Shown: positions 38,450 to 51,781 of the stretch, piece after piece
Numbering within the stretch: the stretch's first letter is position 1
Layout: every line of letters starts with the position of its first letter
Source: Mobula hypostoma
Lineage: Eukaryota
Assembly: GCF_963921235.1 (NCBI RefSeq)
Contig: NC_086108.1
Span: forward strand, 94,552,001 to 94,616,000
Length of the DNA stretch: 64,000 bases
Direction: 5' to 3'
The notes under the pieces: generated by a model
The model's input: the letters and a program-made list of their open reading frames with translations, nothing else
Database searches by the model: none
What the model was told of the DNA's origin: nothing
Program-made: the position numbers and the translations under genes

Positions 38450-38697
38450 AGGCCTATCCAGCACCGCCCAGCAATCCCCTGATTTAATCCTAGGCTAATC
38501 ACAAGACAACTTACAATGACCATTTAACCTAACAACCTGTACGTCTTTGGACTGTGGGAGGAAACCGGAGCACCCGGAGGAAACCCACGCGGTCACAGGG
38601 AGGACGTACAAGCTCCTTACTCGCAGCCGCGGGAATTGAACCTGGGTCACCTGTACAGTAAAGCGTTGTGCTAACCACCACGCTCCCGTGCTGCCCT
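38450..38697 (-). mobile_element. V-SINE (HE1-like) SINE
   Basis: tRNA-like head plus the V-domain gtgggtttcctccgggtgctccggtttcctcccacagtccaaagac. Further copies at about 80-280, 3220-3460, 16730-16960, 41540-41700, 46795-47110, 47138-48172, 55685-55900 and 63075-63330. Confidence 0.8.
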
Positions 38698-39894
38698 ATT
38701 AGACAATAGTTTGCTTTTATTAATACACACATTGAACTTATTTGAGTTTGAACAGCAACCACTATTTAATGCCCTACTAAAACATGTTTATTTAATGCAA
38801 ATGTTTTGACTAAAGCTAATGCCCTATTGCAGGCTTTTGGCATCTTGTGTTAAGTAATATTCCCACTCTCCATTCAGTCCAATGGGACCATCCTGGCTAT
38901 ACACAAACTCCCATCTCTCTTCACCAATGTACATAAATTGGGCATCTCTGTGCCCCTGGTCCACTTCATCAGGAGGCTAAAGAAATTTGCCATGCCCCTG
39001 CCAATGCTCCAGTATTTTGTGTGTGTTGCTCTGAATATTTCTCTTATTGAACCAGTTAGTTGTTTAGTTGATCACTTGGTGGAGAGGACTATTTCTGACT
39101 CAAGGTCAAAGTACAGCTGGCAGATCTTTGCTGGGATTAGAATCTGTAGGATGGGAACTGGAACAGCAAACAGAATGCTGGGAGAGTTCAGTCTTGCCGC
39201 AGAGTTTCAACCCAAAATGTCAGCTTACACCTTTTGCCTCCACAGATGCCACCTCACCCAACTTGAGTTCTTCTAGCATTCTGCTCATTCAAGATCCCAG
39301 CATCTTTTTTGACTTCATAGATACGCCCTGTTTCCATGGCTTAGAGAAATGGTATGATTAAACATGAAGGAACCAAGGGGATATATTTACATCAGTATCA
39401 TCTGCAAAAGCAGTTTCAGTGTAACATTGAAGGAAAACTTCAACAGACCAAAGGATCAAAAGTAAATGGGACATTGTTTTCAAAGAACTGGCGGTAATAA
39501 GAGGGGCTGAAATGCCTTTCTTCTACTGTTAGAATCTATGAAATTCTGCAAGCAGTTGCCTCAGAAAAGCTGGTACTCTTTTTGACGTGACCTTTACAAC
39601 ATATAGTCAAATGACCAGACTTGGAGGTTTTGATACAGAATGTTAACCTTAAACATGAAACTCAGTAAGAACAGTCCCAATGAGCAGGCAACTTTGTGTT
39701 GCTCAAGACCTGCTCTTTTAATTTAACTCAAATACTATAAAACATTTTAAATACAAAAAAAAGTTTCGATAGGATTATCTGCAGAGTCTTTGACCTCTGA
39801 GTTTCAACACGGATGTTATGAGTTGACTTATCATAAAATATTTTGCGTAATGCGGAATCTTTTTTTAAAGAGATGCAGCACAGTAACAGGCCCT

Positions 39895-40140
39895 TGCCAG
39901 AATGGGAATGGGAAGTCAAATTAAAATTAAAGTGGATGGCCACTTGGAGATCCTGCCTTTTGTGGTGGATGAAGTGCTTAATGAAGCAGTTTCCCAATCT
40001 ACGTCATGTTCTCTGATGTAGAGGAGGGTGCAGCATGTGCACTGGCGACAGAAGATGACCCCAACAGACTCGCAGGTGAAGTGTCGGCTCATTTGGAAGT
40101 CAGTTTGGGATCCTGAATGGTGATGAGGGAGGAGATGTAG
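39895..40140 (-). mobile_element. Penelope-like GIY-YIG fragment
   Basis: Reverse complement resembles the 4500-4710 GIY-YIG region. Confidence 0.6.
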
Positions 40141-41226
40141 AGGACTTTTGCCAGTCCCTGCAGCACATCACTAGCCACAGGTCTTCAGTCAGAGAGGCAA
40201 ACATCTACTACCACTCTCCAATTTGTCATGCCAATATTGAATCCAATTTACTACCCCACCCTGAATGCCAAGAAACTGAGCCTTCTTGACCTGTAGTTAT
40301 TCCATTAAAGCCAGGACCAACAGGCTCTGGGACAGCTTCTTCCACCAGACCATCAGACTGATTAATTCACTCTGACACAGTCGTATTTCTAAGCTATATT
40401 GACTGTTCTGTTGTATATATTACTGTACATACTATTTATTACAAATTACTATAATCTGTACCTCGCACATTTAGACGGTGATGTAACGTAAAGATTTTTA
40501 CTTCTCATGTATGTGAAGGATGTAAGCAATAAAGTCAATTCAATTCAATTCCCTGCACCTGGAATATGCCAGTTTGTATCTTTCAGTTGTAGACCATGCC
40601 TTTTGCTGAAAGACGAGGAGGTTTCAGGCAGAACAATGTGAGTCATTCACCCAGTTGGTGATCTTCCAGCAACTGTCGATGTTTGACCCAGTGTTCATCC
40701 CTGGAAACAGTATGCAGAGCATGGACTCCACTGCTTGGGATGACCATTGTCCCCCTTTGCATACCACCTTGGCAAAAATGTTCACGCAGTTCAATTTAGA
40801 ATCAGAGAATGTATACAGTATACAGCCTGCAATTCCTACTCTTCACAGACATCCACCGGACAAGAACCCAGTAGAATGAACGTGAGAAACAACAGGACAC
40901 CAAAGACGCCCCCCCCCCCGGCGGACAAGCAGCAGCAGGAGCATCGACCCTTCCCCCACTTGTGCCAAAAGAAGCACCGCCCCCCCCCCAACACCATGCA
41001 AGCAATAGCAAAAACCCGCTCAAAGAGACCTAGAGTCCATCAAAAACTACAGGTCCATAACCCAGCTCCTCAGGATCTCAGACAGGCTGTCTCTCCCTCC
41101 AGCGAGGGAAAGAGAGGTCACTCTTGCAACAGTAAGGTCAGAGACCAGCAACTCACTGTTCCGATGTTACAATCTTCCATGTCGCTTCTGCAAGCCCGCC
41201 AGACTTGAGGATCGACAGGCTCTCAC

Positions 41227-41449
41227 GAGAAAGAGAGAGAAGGAGGGAAGGGGAGGGGAGAGGGGAGATGGAAGGGTGAGAGGGAGGGGGGAAGGGAGAG
41301 GGGAGGGGAGAGAGTGAAGGGTGAGGGGGAGGGGAAGGGGAGGGGAGGGGAGAGTGAAGGGTGAGGGTGAGGGGAGGGGGAGAGTGAAGGTGAGGGGGAG
41401 GGGTAGGGTGAGGGTGAGGGTGAGGGGAGAAAGGGGAGGGGGAGGGAGA
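41227..41449 (+). repeat. Polypurine G-run low-complexity tract
   Basis: About 220 nt of GGGGA/GGGTGA units, nearly all G/A. Confidence 0.9.
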
Positions 41450-43130
41450 TATCACTAAAGTACAAGGACCATCTTCTGACAGCAGCACACACTGCCCGCT
41501 GTTTTGATGTTTCAGTCTCCCACATATTGACAAGGGCAGCACTGTTGGGTAACAGTTAACACAACACTTTACAGATCAGGGTCCAGCTGCTGTTGCTGTC
41601 TGGAAGGAGCTTGTACGTTCTCCTCGCGACTGTGAGGCTTTCCTCTCAGTGCTGTGGTTTCCTCTCACATTCTGAAGGTGTAGCGGTCAGGAGGTTGTGG
41701 GCACCTCGCTGATGCATGGTGACACTTGATGCTGCCTGGCTGAGAGGGTGTGTGCTATCCTGAGAGGCTGGACGTCCTGTGGAGCAGCAGAGACTGAGGG
41801 GAAATCTGATAGAGGTTTATAAGATAACGAGGGGCGTAGATAGAGTGGACAGACAGTGTATTTCCCAGGGTTGAAATGTCTAATACCAGAGGGCACGCAC
41901 TGAAGATGAGAGGGGGTTGATTCATAGGCAGCGTGAGGGGAAAGTTTTTTACTCAGCGAGTGGTGGATGCCTGGTATGGTGGTAGAGGCAAGTACATTAG
42001 AAGCTCTTAAGAAACATCTAGATTGGCACATGGATGTAAGGGACATGTGCCTGATCCTCACTTAAGGCTTTTGCATCAATGGAATGACCTCTATGTCCAT
42101 GATGGAGGCCAGCCTGAGCAGAGGCTAGCACTCAGGGTTGTTTTCTTACTGGATAATATAATTACCCCTCACTCTTACCTCATTGATGATGGTGATGGCT
42201 GATTCTTTGTTTGTAGAGATCAGGAGGGTAGTTGCCCCTTCTCCATCACTGTAGAACTTTCCTTCCCGCCTGCGGTGTGTCGGTTTATAGTGAAGATCGG
42301 TGTGTGTGGACTGATTCCACTCTTTAGGCTGGGGGACGTTCCACAATGGCACAGCGAGCTGTGACAACTGCAAGGCTGTGGATTGAGTTTAGGAGTTTCC
42401 TTCTCCTAGGGAGACTGCCTGGCAAGGCTAACAAGTCCCATCGACCCGGGTTTGGAATCGGAGTTGTCCTTCTGCTGAGCTGACTGCTTGCCAAAGCTGA
42501 TGAGCCCAGCCTGGCTGCCCAGATATACCGCTGGACACTTGGTCACACCATGACATAGCAAACTCAGTCAGAACAGGGACACCAGGTGAAGGTGTTGCTA
42601 TGGGCACGGCAGTGTAGGACAGGCCATATCCGAGTGACCTCCTGCATGGCAAGCCAGACAGTGGTCCTGTGGCGAACACTACAGATGGAAAGCAGAGACT
42701 ATGGGAGATGCTTCACCTTTCTTAAGTGAGCAGGATGTCCAGCCCAGAACTCATCACCATCTCCCAAAGTGCAATCTCCCCTCGCCTAAACCCCAAATGT
42801 TAACTCTTGCATCCAACTTATCCTAAGTACCTCCCAAGCGTCCATCCCAACCCCTCTTCTGAACTCAGACACCAAGTCTCTTCGCTTAGTACACTCTTAG
42901 AATTAGATTGACCCAGTTTCTTGTGGGTCCTCTGTAAAAGTTCCATTTTCAGTCTACTGAATACCTGACCTCAGTCCAGCCAAATGGAAATTTCTCACAC
43001 CAACTGGGGTTCCTTTAATAAACTATTCAGGAATTAAGTTCTGAGATTTGTTTTGCTTTAGATTTTAGTTTAATATCTTATTTTTTAAGAATTTCTCTGT
43101 GTTTCAGAAACACATCTAGGAAAGTGATTG

Positions 43131-43224
43131 CAAACACGAGGAAATCTACAGATGCTGGAAATTCAAGTAACACACATCAAAGTTGCTGGCCTGCTGCGTT
43201 CACCGACAACTTTGATGTGTGTTG
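43131..43224 (-). mobile_element. 94-bp hairpin insertion, same family as 8561-8676
   Basis: aacacacatcaaagttg...caactttgatgtgtgtt arms. 15-bp TSD CTAGGAA(A/T)GTGATTG at 43116-43130 and 43225-43239. Confidence 0.8.
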
Positions 43225-43536
43225 CTAGGAATGTGATTGAGTTGATTTTTGCACTTTCTCTTAAAGCTCACTTTGTGGCAGAGCTCCCTTTGCCCACCTC
43301 GTATAAAATGACTGATCCTTTCAACAGACAGGGTCTCGGCGCAGAATCCTCGTGATGGCGTCTGCAAGCTCCCAGTTCAAAGGATCACCAAATACAAGAG
43401 GGGATTGTTCATTAGGGCAGCTGCAAACCTACTCTGATTCCTGTTCACTTTTAAAAAAATCATCTGCCCCCGTTTCTCAAAGTCAGTGTAAAATATACAA
43501 AATGAGACAGAGAAATAATTTTCCAAATAAGAAGAC

Positions 43537-43542
43537 TTTATT
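43537..43542 (-). terminator. Candidate polyadenylation signal of the gelsolin-family gene
   Basis: AATAAA on the minus strand about 1.4 kb past the stop, followed by T-rich sequence. No transcript evidence. Confidence 0.4.
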
Positions 43543-44947
43543 AAGATTCCAACTTAAGAACAAACCAAGAGTCTGGACACATATACATTTTTTTTCTCTC
43601 TGAGCCAAGCAATTTCCGCAAAAGCCTTACTAAAATCGACCGCTAAAATTTCCCTATGGTCTGCAAGAACTGGAAAGTCATCTGCTGGCAACGTCACACC
43701 AGTGAAAGGTGGCAGCAGACAGTCTAGTACCCGATTGCTCCAGCCACAGCCCCCACAAGTGCAAGAAACTCAGTTTCAAGGCCACAAAGGTTCGGAATAT
43801 TCTTTTGAATGCTGTTCAAAAACAAATTATTTTTTCCAAAGCTGCATCACCTCTAACACTAAAATTTAGCATGCAACCAAAGCATCCTCAGACCTGTATC
43901 TGATGCTGATTCCAGGTGCTTGCCAGCGAATAAGGCACTTCCAGAGTTGGCAGGGATGTTAAATGAGTGAGTGGTGGTCCATTCACATCTTCTATTTCCA
44001 AGTCACAAACATTTACTGTACATCCCCTCATCAACTTACTGCAGGGGCATCACATATATTCCCTACATACTAAACACCCAACTTCCACAGTTCTGGTCCC
44101 ATTATTTTACTGCAAGAGGTGGCCAAAACTTTTCAAATGTTTTTGATTATTAATAGCCTGGAGTATATCATGTGCAACACTATATCGACTTACTTTCAAT
44201 GGACTTCATCTGGTCAAGAGATAGGTCAGAATTACAGCACCACTGGAAGGAATTAATGTTCTAGGTCTATCAATAACTAGTTTTCAATAGATGAATTTTG
44301 GTGCACATACAGCAGGAGTGATAGCTCTCTCTCCCTTGTTAGTGAGAGGGAGAGAGAGCCTGAGGGAAGCCAAACTGCTGGGTGAACAGTGGTTTTTGAT
44401 GCACTGTAGGTCATGGTCTCTTTGGGCACTTTGCTGTTGCTTGCTGGTGAGTGACGGGGAGGCAAACCCTTTTTGCTAGAATGTGGGGAGGGATGTGGGG
44501 AGGGATAAGGGGAGGGTTAATGTTTTGTTGCTGCTTGTGTGTAGGTGGGGGGGGGGGTCTTTTGGATCCTAACATTTTTCCTATCATTCTTTGGGGTTTT
44601 TCTTCTATGTCGTGGATGACTGTGAAGAGTAAGAATTTCAGGCTGTATATTGTATACTTTCTCTGATATTAAATAGAACTGTTGAACATGTTGTAGTTTC
44701 TAAAAACAAGTCTGAACCAACAGCAGGGGAAACTTGGAAGCAGGTCACTGTGATTATTGCGATTATTACTCGTGATGTGTTGAAGCTGAATTGAGTGAAC
44801 TAAATACTCAATTCACTCACGTAGCCATTAATGGTGGAGTAAGTTGCCGAACTTCTACTGGCACCGGCGAACCCAAGGCTTCAATGCGTTGCAGCTAGAA
44901 TATGTGAGCAAGCAGAGAGGGGGCAGCAGTGTACCTCCTTCGCATCA

Positions 44948-45117
44948 CTACACCTGGAACTTAGCTAGAGCCTTTTGCAAAGGGCTCATATCCCACATGT
45001 TTGTATCCCAAGCAAGGAACCAGCCAGTGAAGGTCAATGGCTCATTTCCTTGTTTCACAGTAATGATGGGAGTCCCCACGTCTCGTCCAGCCGGGTCAGC
45101 TTCCAGGTATTTCTTTG
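44948..45117 (-). CDS. Gelsolin/scinderin-family terminal coding exon (G6 end plus C-terminal tail)
   Basis: ttacag|(A)[55 protein letters not shown]. 170 nt. Confidence 0.92.
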
Positions 45118-46596
45118 CTGTAAGAAAACAAATGAATGCAAGAGATTAGAAAATTGTTACAGGCTCAGTTTTACATCTGTACTGAATGCTTTCCCCAGTT
45201 ACTGAAACATCACTCTCCCCCCGCCCCAGCCCCCCGGCTTCTTCTCTCTTCCCCCTCCACTTCTCAAAGTAAATTGAGATAGTCTGGTGAAGAGGCTTGT
45301 TGTGTCCGTTCTGGGGCAGCTCACTCACCTTTGGCTCCAAGTAGCTGTTCACATGAAGCCACACCCTGCTACACTGTTTTGACTGGCGGGCTAAACCAGG
45401 TAAGGGTAGCTGGTGGGGCCTCCTCCTCCAGTGAGACCAGGACAAGCCGATCCTAGCCTGTGATTTCAGTTCCAGCGGACGGGGCAGGTGAGATCAACAG
45501 TGAGATCCGATGGCCAGGAAGGCCGTTCTGCAACTCTTTGCGGAGAGCAAAGGGCATGACTCAGGCACAAAAGAAGTCAAGGTCACCCAATGCAACCAAT
45601 GTAGACCCCAGTTGTGACGACTATTCATACCACTGGACCCGAACATCCAAGGTTGAGAGGGTGGAACTGGCCCAGTGCTATGGGTTTCCCACTTTAAAAG
45701 CTCTCCTCCACAGATTTCACTGCAGTTTCAGAAGAACTATATAAATCTAATTGTCATTGTTGGATACAACAAACAACCAATCAAACTAAATCTAGATAAT
45801 TGCCAGAACTAGATCACAGAACAAGATTTCTTTGCAGTAAGAAAAGAATCCAGACTTTGTGGGGGCAAAATATTTCCTTAGTCCCCACTACATCTCTTTG
45901 CTGTAACTTTAACCCCTCTTGTTTCAAACACTTCTACACTGGGGAAATATTAACTATCCTGGTCTACATTTTTCATGGTCTTATAACCCTAGAAATACTC
46001 ATGCAACTTTTCTCTTCATCTGTAATTGAACAGGGTTCTGCTGAAATGAGGAAAACACTGAAGCCATAATCTTGTTCAGAAGACAAAATTCAAATAGATT
46101 GAGTTAACTCTGATCACATGCACCCGAGATTATTTAGCCTGAATACCACATTCATGTAATATCTGTGAATAGTTCATGGTCAATCCAACCCCTTTAGCAC
46201 CCTACAATCTTTAGACTGTACAGCAGGTCATTGGGCCAATCTGAATTTGAGTTCAATGTACAAGTGGCCTCCTGATGAGAGATAATGAAGTCCAACAACC
46301 ATGATGCCTGATACTGAAAAGAGCGAATGGGAATGGAAATGAAGTTAAATAAGGCAGTACATTGACACCTCTGAGGAGTTCACCAATCCTTGTTTAAATG
46401 GAAAAGTCAAAAGACTGGCCCTCCACTTCTCCAGCTGACCAAAGCAATGGCTGGTCCTGAATTTTATTGTTTGTAGAAATATGGGGGGGAAGAGAGAAGC
46501 CAGTAATTCTGCAAGTCATGTAGGTTATAGTTTTCAAACAAGTGCGACTATGACTGATTTTGCATCTGTATATTCACATCCTCCCCAGCTACCCAC

Positions 46597-46657
46597 CGCA
46601 CATCAGGGACTCCGACTTCTCCACTTCATTGGCCTCCTTGCCAAGCCAAATAAAGAT
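46597..46657 (-). CDS. Gelsolin/scinderin-family exon (G6)
   Basis: ttgtag|IFIWLGKEANEVEKSESLMC G|gtgggt. 61 nt. Confidence 0.9.
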
Positions 46658-47214
46658 CTACAAAAGTACAAAGAGAGAGAGAGAGAAAGAAAGATCACAC
46701 CTCCTGATGGTACAAATGATCACATTACAGCCATTCCAGCAACTAAAATTCACTCATACAAAATTCACAGATCACCACCCAAACATTTGGGATACAGGGG
46801 AAGCATGGTAGCGCAGGAGCTAGTGTAACGTTAAGCTGCATCAGCGATTTGGGTTCAATTCCCACTGCTGTCTGTAAGGAGTTTGTACGTCCTCCCCGTG
46901 ATTGCATGTGTTTCCTTTTGATGCCCCGGTCTCCAACCACATTTCAAAAATGTACGGGTTAGGGGTAAGCTGTGGGCATGCTATGTTGGTGCCAGAAGTG
47001 CGGCAACCCTTGCCGATTGTCCTCAGCACATCGGCGTACTGTATTGGTCTTTGACGCCAGTGGTGCATTTCACTGTGTCTTTTGATGTACATGTGACAAA
47101 TAGAGCTAATCTGCACTTTTCACTCTCACAGAATATAGGTGGCACAGTAGTGTAGCGGTTTGCACAACGCTCTACAGCACCAGTAACCCGGGTTCAATTT
47201 CCCCCACTGCCTGT

Positions 47215-47984
47215 GGGCCGGTTTGCTTCACGGACCGGTTTAATATTGACAATATTCTTGCGGACCGGCCAATCGGGGGGGGGGGTGGTGGGGGGATGTT
47301 CAAGTAGGGTTACACTCACCTCAACATGTCTTTTACAGTTAGGGTTGCCAACTTTCTCACTCCCAAACAAGGGACAAAATTAGCAGTCAAATTCCGGGAC
47401 ACTTGTGTTTACCCCAGGAAAGTCTACCATGACCATGAAGCCTTGCGCGGGCACCTGTGTGCACATGCGCATATGTGCTGATTTTTTTCCTCCACAAATC
47501 GGTTTTGGCTTCATCTTCCCGACTATACTGTACATACATTATTTCTACTTTATATAGGCTGTGTATTTATCATATCATTCCTGCTTTTATTATATGTTAG
47601 TGTTATTTATTTTCGGTTTTATGTATTATTTGGTATGATTTGGTAGGTTATTTTTTGGGTCTGGCTCAAAAAACTTCCCCATATAAATTAACGGTAATTG
47701 CTTCTGCGCTTCACGCCATTTCGGCACGAACGGTTTCATAGGAATGCTCTACCTTAGCAGGGGAAATACGGAACAAGGGCGGTCCCGTATGGGACAAACC
47801 AATTTAGCCCAATATATGGGATGTCCTGGCTAATACAGGACAGTTGGCAACCCCATGTTCAGGTTCAACAGTGCGTGACAGGGAATGAGGAAAGGTGCAG
47901 CTGACTCATATCGTTTCCTCACGGCCCGGTAGCACATGCTCTGCGGCCCGGTACTGGACACGGCCCGGTGGTTGGGGACCGCTG
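47215..47984. mobile_element. hAT-like non-autonomous DNA element inserted in a V-SINE, with an internal TIR-bounded element
   Basis: Right end gttggggaccgctg. Internal perfect 12-bp IR GGGTTGCCAACT at 47342-47353 / 47842-47853. Confidence 0.6.
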
Positions 47985-48814
47985 CTGTAAGGAGTTGTAC
48001 GTTCTCCTCATGATCACGTGGGTTTCCTTCAGTCCCCACAGTCCAAAGACATCCTGTGTGGTATGTCATTGTAAATTGTCCTGTGATTAGGCAAGGATTA
48101 AATCAGGGGTTACTGGGCGATGCAGATTGAAGACCCAGAAGGGTCTTCTCAGCACTGTATCTCCATAAATAAATATGATAAAAAGTAAATGCTAATTTCT
48201 TTTTCCAACTTTTGTTTCCTGACGCATGCAGAGTCGGTATAGCCTCGTGTGTGTGGGAAAATGCCAACATGAATTCTTTTCTGGTACCCCTCTGGCAACT
48301 CTTTGTCCTGCTCCCCTCCCCATAGTCAGAACATTTCCTCCCCCACCACCCACCATGCAGCTGCCAGAGCTGAAATTTATTAATTTATCAAACTGGGGAA
48401 ATCCTGGGAGCCTGCCAGGGTTACATTTAACCTTTCCTCGGGACTTGAGGCAAATTACTTGTTGGTGCCCGAATAAAGTGAAGGTAGAGCTAACCAGGGG
48501 TTGTGGGGATCAGGGAGGGATGTAGGGGCAAGAGAAAGCAGGAGCATTGACACAATTATTTGCTGGGATCACAGGGGGAGCAGCCAGCTGGACTGGAACC
48601 TGGTCTGGTACCCAGGGTCATACTGGGAGAGCCAGCCTGGCTAGGAACATAGAGCGTGAACCCTGTTTGAGGGTTACGCACATCCGTACAACTTCAGCAC
48701 CACCAGAGGGGAGGAACCAGGGTCATGAGATGTAGCCTGGATTTCGCGCAGCCACATTAAAACCACAGGGGAAACTTTGTCAGTGCTTGAGATGCCAAAC
48801 GAGCCACAACTTAC

Positions 48815-48892
48815 TTGATCCCAAGTGTCCAACAGCATAACGTCATCAACTGCCAGGTCACTCTGTGTGAAGTCTCCCGGGACTTCCTCAAT
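48815..48892 (-). CDS. Gelsolin/scinderin-family exon (G6)
   Basis: cttag|[26 protein letters not shown]|gtaagt. 78 nt. Confidence 0.94.
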
Positions 48893-48986
48893 CTAAGTGA
48901 AAAAGTACATATTACTCTCAAATCACTCCTGAAAGCCGGCCTGGTAAAGCTTTAAAAATCCCGCAACTCAAAAGGCCTCCACTCAC

Positions 48987-49108
48987 AACAAATGTGCCCG
49001 TTTTATTTGAGCATCCGAACAGACGAACTGGGTGAGTAACAACTTCATTTTTCAGTGATTTCGAGGTCTGGTATTCCTTCTTCCCACCGAGCGCTTTCCA
49101 GAAACTTT
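48987..49108 (-). CDS. Gelsolin/scinderin-family exon (G5-G6)
   Basis: acag|(E)SFWKALGGKKEYQTSKSLKNEVVTHPVRLFGCSNKTGTFV|gtgagt. 122 nt. Confidence 0.93.
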
Positions 49109-49329
49109 CTGTATTTGGGTAGAAAACAAGAGAGTGAATTATAATCCTTGGATGGAATTTGAACAGTAGTCCTTCCAACTTCCAACTGACAGGTTCCTCC
49201 AACTCTCCACATTTCTTCAGCACCACAGAGCACTAGAACCACTGCGAATATTGCATCTGACACCTGCATGGAAACGGTATTACTTGAGGTGGAGATAGGT
49301 TTTCAGACATTAAAAGAATCAAGGGTTCT

Positions 49330-49880
49330 AAGACCATAAGGCATAGGACCAGAATCAGACCCATGGGTCCATTTGGGCCTGCTCCGCCATCCCATCATGG
49401 CTGATTTACTATTCCTCTCAACCCCATTCTCCTGCCTTCTCCCCATAACCTTTGACACCCTTAGTAATCTAGAACCGATCAACTTCCGCTCTATACATAG
49501 TATGTACTCAATGACTTGGCCTCCACAAGCAACTGTGACAACGAACTCCACCGATTCACCACCCTCTGTCTGAAGAAATTCTTCCTCCTTCCTGTTCTAA
49601 AGGGACATCTGACATTGTACCATCTGATCCTCGACTCCCCCACTAAAGGAAACATCCTCTCCACACCCACTCTATTTAGGCCTTTCAGTATTCAATGGGT
49701 TTCAATGGCGTCCTCCCTCATTCTTCCAAACTCCAATGAGTACAGACCCAGAGCCATTAAACATTCCTCATATATTTACCCTCTCATTCCCCAGATCAAT
49801 CTTGTGAAGCTTCTCTGAATCCTCTCCAGTGCCTTAGATAACAGATGCAAGACTGCTCACAATACTACAAGTACAGCCTG
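49330..49880 (-). mobile_element. Old CR1 3' fragment
   Basis: CR1 3' UTR and ORF2 end similar to 21430-21990. Confidence 0.8.
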
Positions 49881-51606
49881 ACCCTTATGGGGAGCAGGAA
49901 GGGGAATGGAACCAAGATCAGAGCAGCTTTAATGGTGTGGGAAGACCGAGTAGTCACAAGAGGATGTCTGGTCTATTTCTGCTCTTATTTCAGATCCTGC
50001 CGTGCAACGAGCTGCCAGAGCTGGTGGTAGAGACAGATACAATTAGAAAGCTTAACATTGGACAGGAAAGGGAAAGAGAGAGATACAGGCCTAATACAGG
50101 AGGATGGGATTAGTGTAGGCAACATGGTTGGCACAGATGAGTTGGACTGACTATTTTGGTGCCACACAGCTCTACGACTCTAAATTGTGGCAGAGTGATT
50201 CTGAAGGACCTATGCCACACCTGTGATAATTCAGAGTAGCAGGATGTCAAGTAAGGTTGCATAGCATAGAAACCATGGGACAATTTGGCCCAGAGGTGTT
50301 CTACATGGATAGATCAAAGTTGAAAGTAAATCTATTATCAAAATACATTTGTGTCACCATATACAACCCAGAGATCCATTTTCTTGTGGACATTCACAGT
50401 AAATACAAAGAAACAACAAAATAATAATAATAAATAAATAAGCAATATATCTAGATCACGAGATGAAAAATCCTTGAAAATTAGTGCATAGGTTGTGGGA
50501 ACAGTTGAGTGTTGGGGTGAGTGAAGTTATCCCCTTTGGTTCAAGAGCCTGATGGTTGAGGAGTGATAAGTGTTCCTGAACGTGGTGGTTCCTGTACCTC
50601 TTTCTTGATGGCATCAGCAAGAAGCGAGCATGACTTGGGTGGTGGGGGGTCTCTGACGATGGACACTGCTGTCCTGCAATAGCACTCCATGTAGCTGTGC
50701 TCAATGATGGGGAGGGCTTTACCCGTAATGGACTGGGCTGTATCTTTCTGAAGGCTTTTCCATTCAAAGGCATTGGTGTTTCCATACCAGGCCGGGAAGC
50801 AACCAGTCAATACACTCTCCACTGCAAATCTGCAGAAGTTTGTCAAAGTTTTTGATGACGTGCCCAATCTTTGCAAACTTCTAACACTGCCATGCTTTTG
50901 TCATAATGGCATTTATGTGCTGAACCCAGGACAAATCTTCTGAAATGATAAGACCAAGGAACTCCAAATGATACCATCCCATATCACTGTTTCCCTTTGT
51001 TACACTTACACAAGAACCTCTGTACATTACATGAAGAGGAAGAAGAACTCAGGGATTTGCGGAATGGAATTAATTGTGTCATAGACAAGGCCAAGTGTCT
51101 CTTCCACACTACATAGTTTCTTGCTCATTTGATTCAACTGGTTTACACTCAGGAGATTCATCTCCCAGCACTCTTCATCTGACACCACCTACCCAGCCCT
51201 CCAGAGAGAGAGGAGATCTGTCCTGAAGTTGGGGGACTGTCCATGTGCGTGGGTGAGTGGGTAGGAGGGAGGAAGGGACCTCGACCTGTTCTGCGTTGTT
51301 CTGTTGAGTGTTGTGGGCATGCTGTATTGGTGCTGGAACGTGTGGCGGTTTGCCTCCAGTCCAGCCTTAGGTATGTTGGTTGTTAACACAAATGAAGCAT
51401 TTCACTGTATTTCCATGTAGGTAACAGGCCATTATAGCAGAATTAGGTCATTTGGATCATCGAGTCTACCCTGTAATAAATAAATCTGAGTCTATTCACC
51501 ATAACTACTCTTTGCTAGTGAAGTTTGTACTCTAAGCACACCCTGATGAATGAAAAAGTACAAAAAGAAAAGCAATCCTTTGTCTTAAAGGAATAGAAAA
51601 CATCAC

Positions 51607-51781
51607 CTGGTTCTTTTCCTTCTTGGATCTCTTTTAGACTTCCCCCCAAAACACTGGTCACTGCCTTGGCAGTCTTTAATTCACCATCACTAGCACCCAG
51701 GCCTTTCCAAATATATGTCTCCTGAGGGGTCTTTAGCACAAACGTATCATTGCTGTTGAGAGACTTGGCATCACTATTTAC
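51607..51781 (-). CDS. Gelsolin/scinderin-family exon (G5)
   Basis: ttgcag|VNSDAKSLNSNDTFVLKTPQETYIWKGLGASDGELKTAKAVTSVLGGSLKEIQEGKEP G|gtgatg. 175 nt. Confidence 0.94.

Noticed and set aside
41153..41542. Pro/Ser-rich 129-aa ORF
   Set aside because: It is a translation of the polypurine tract.
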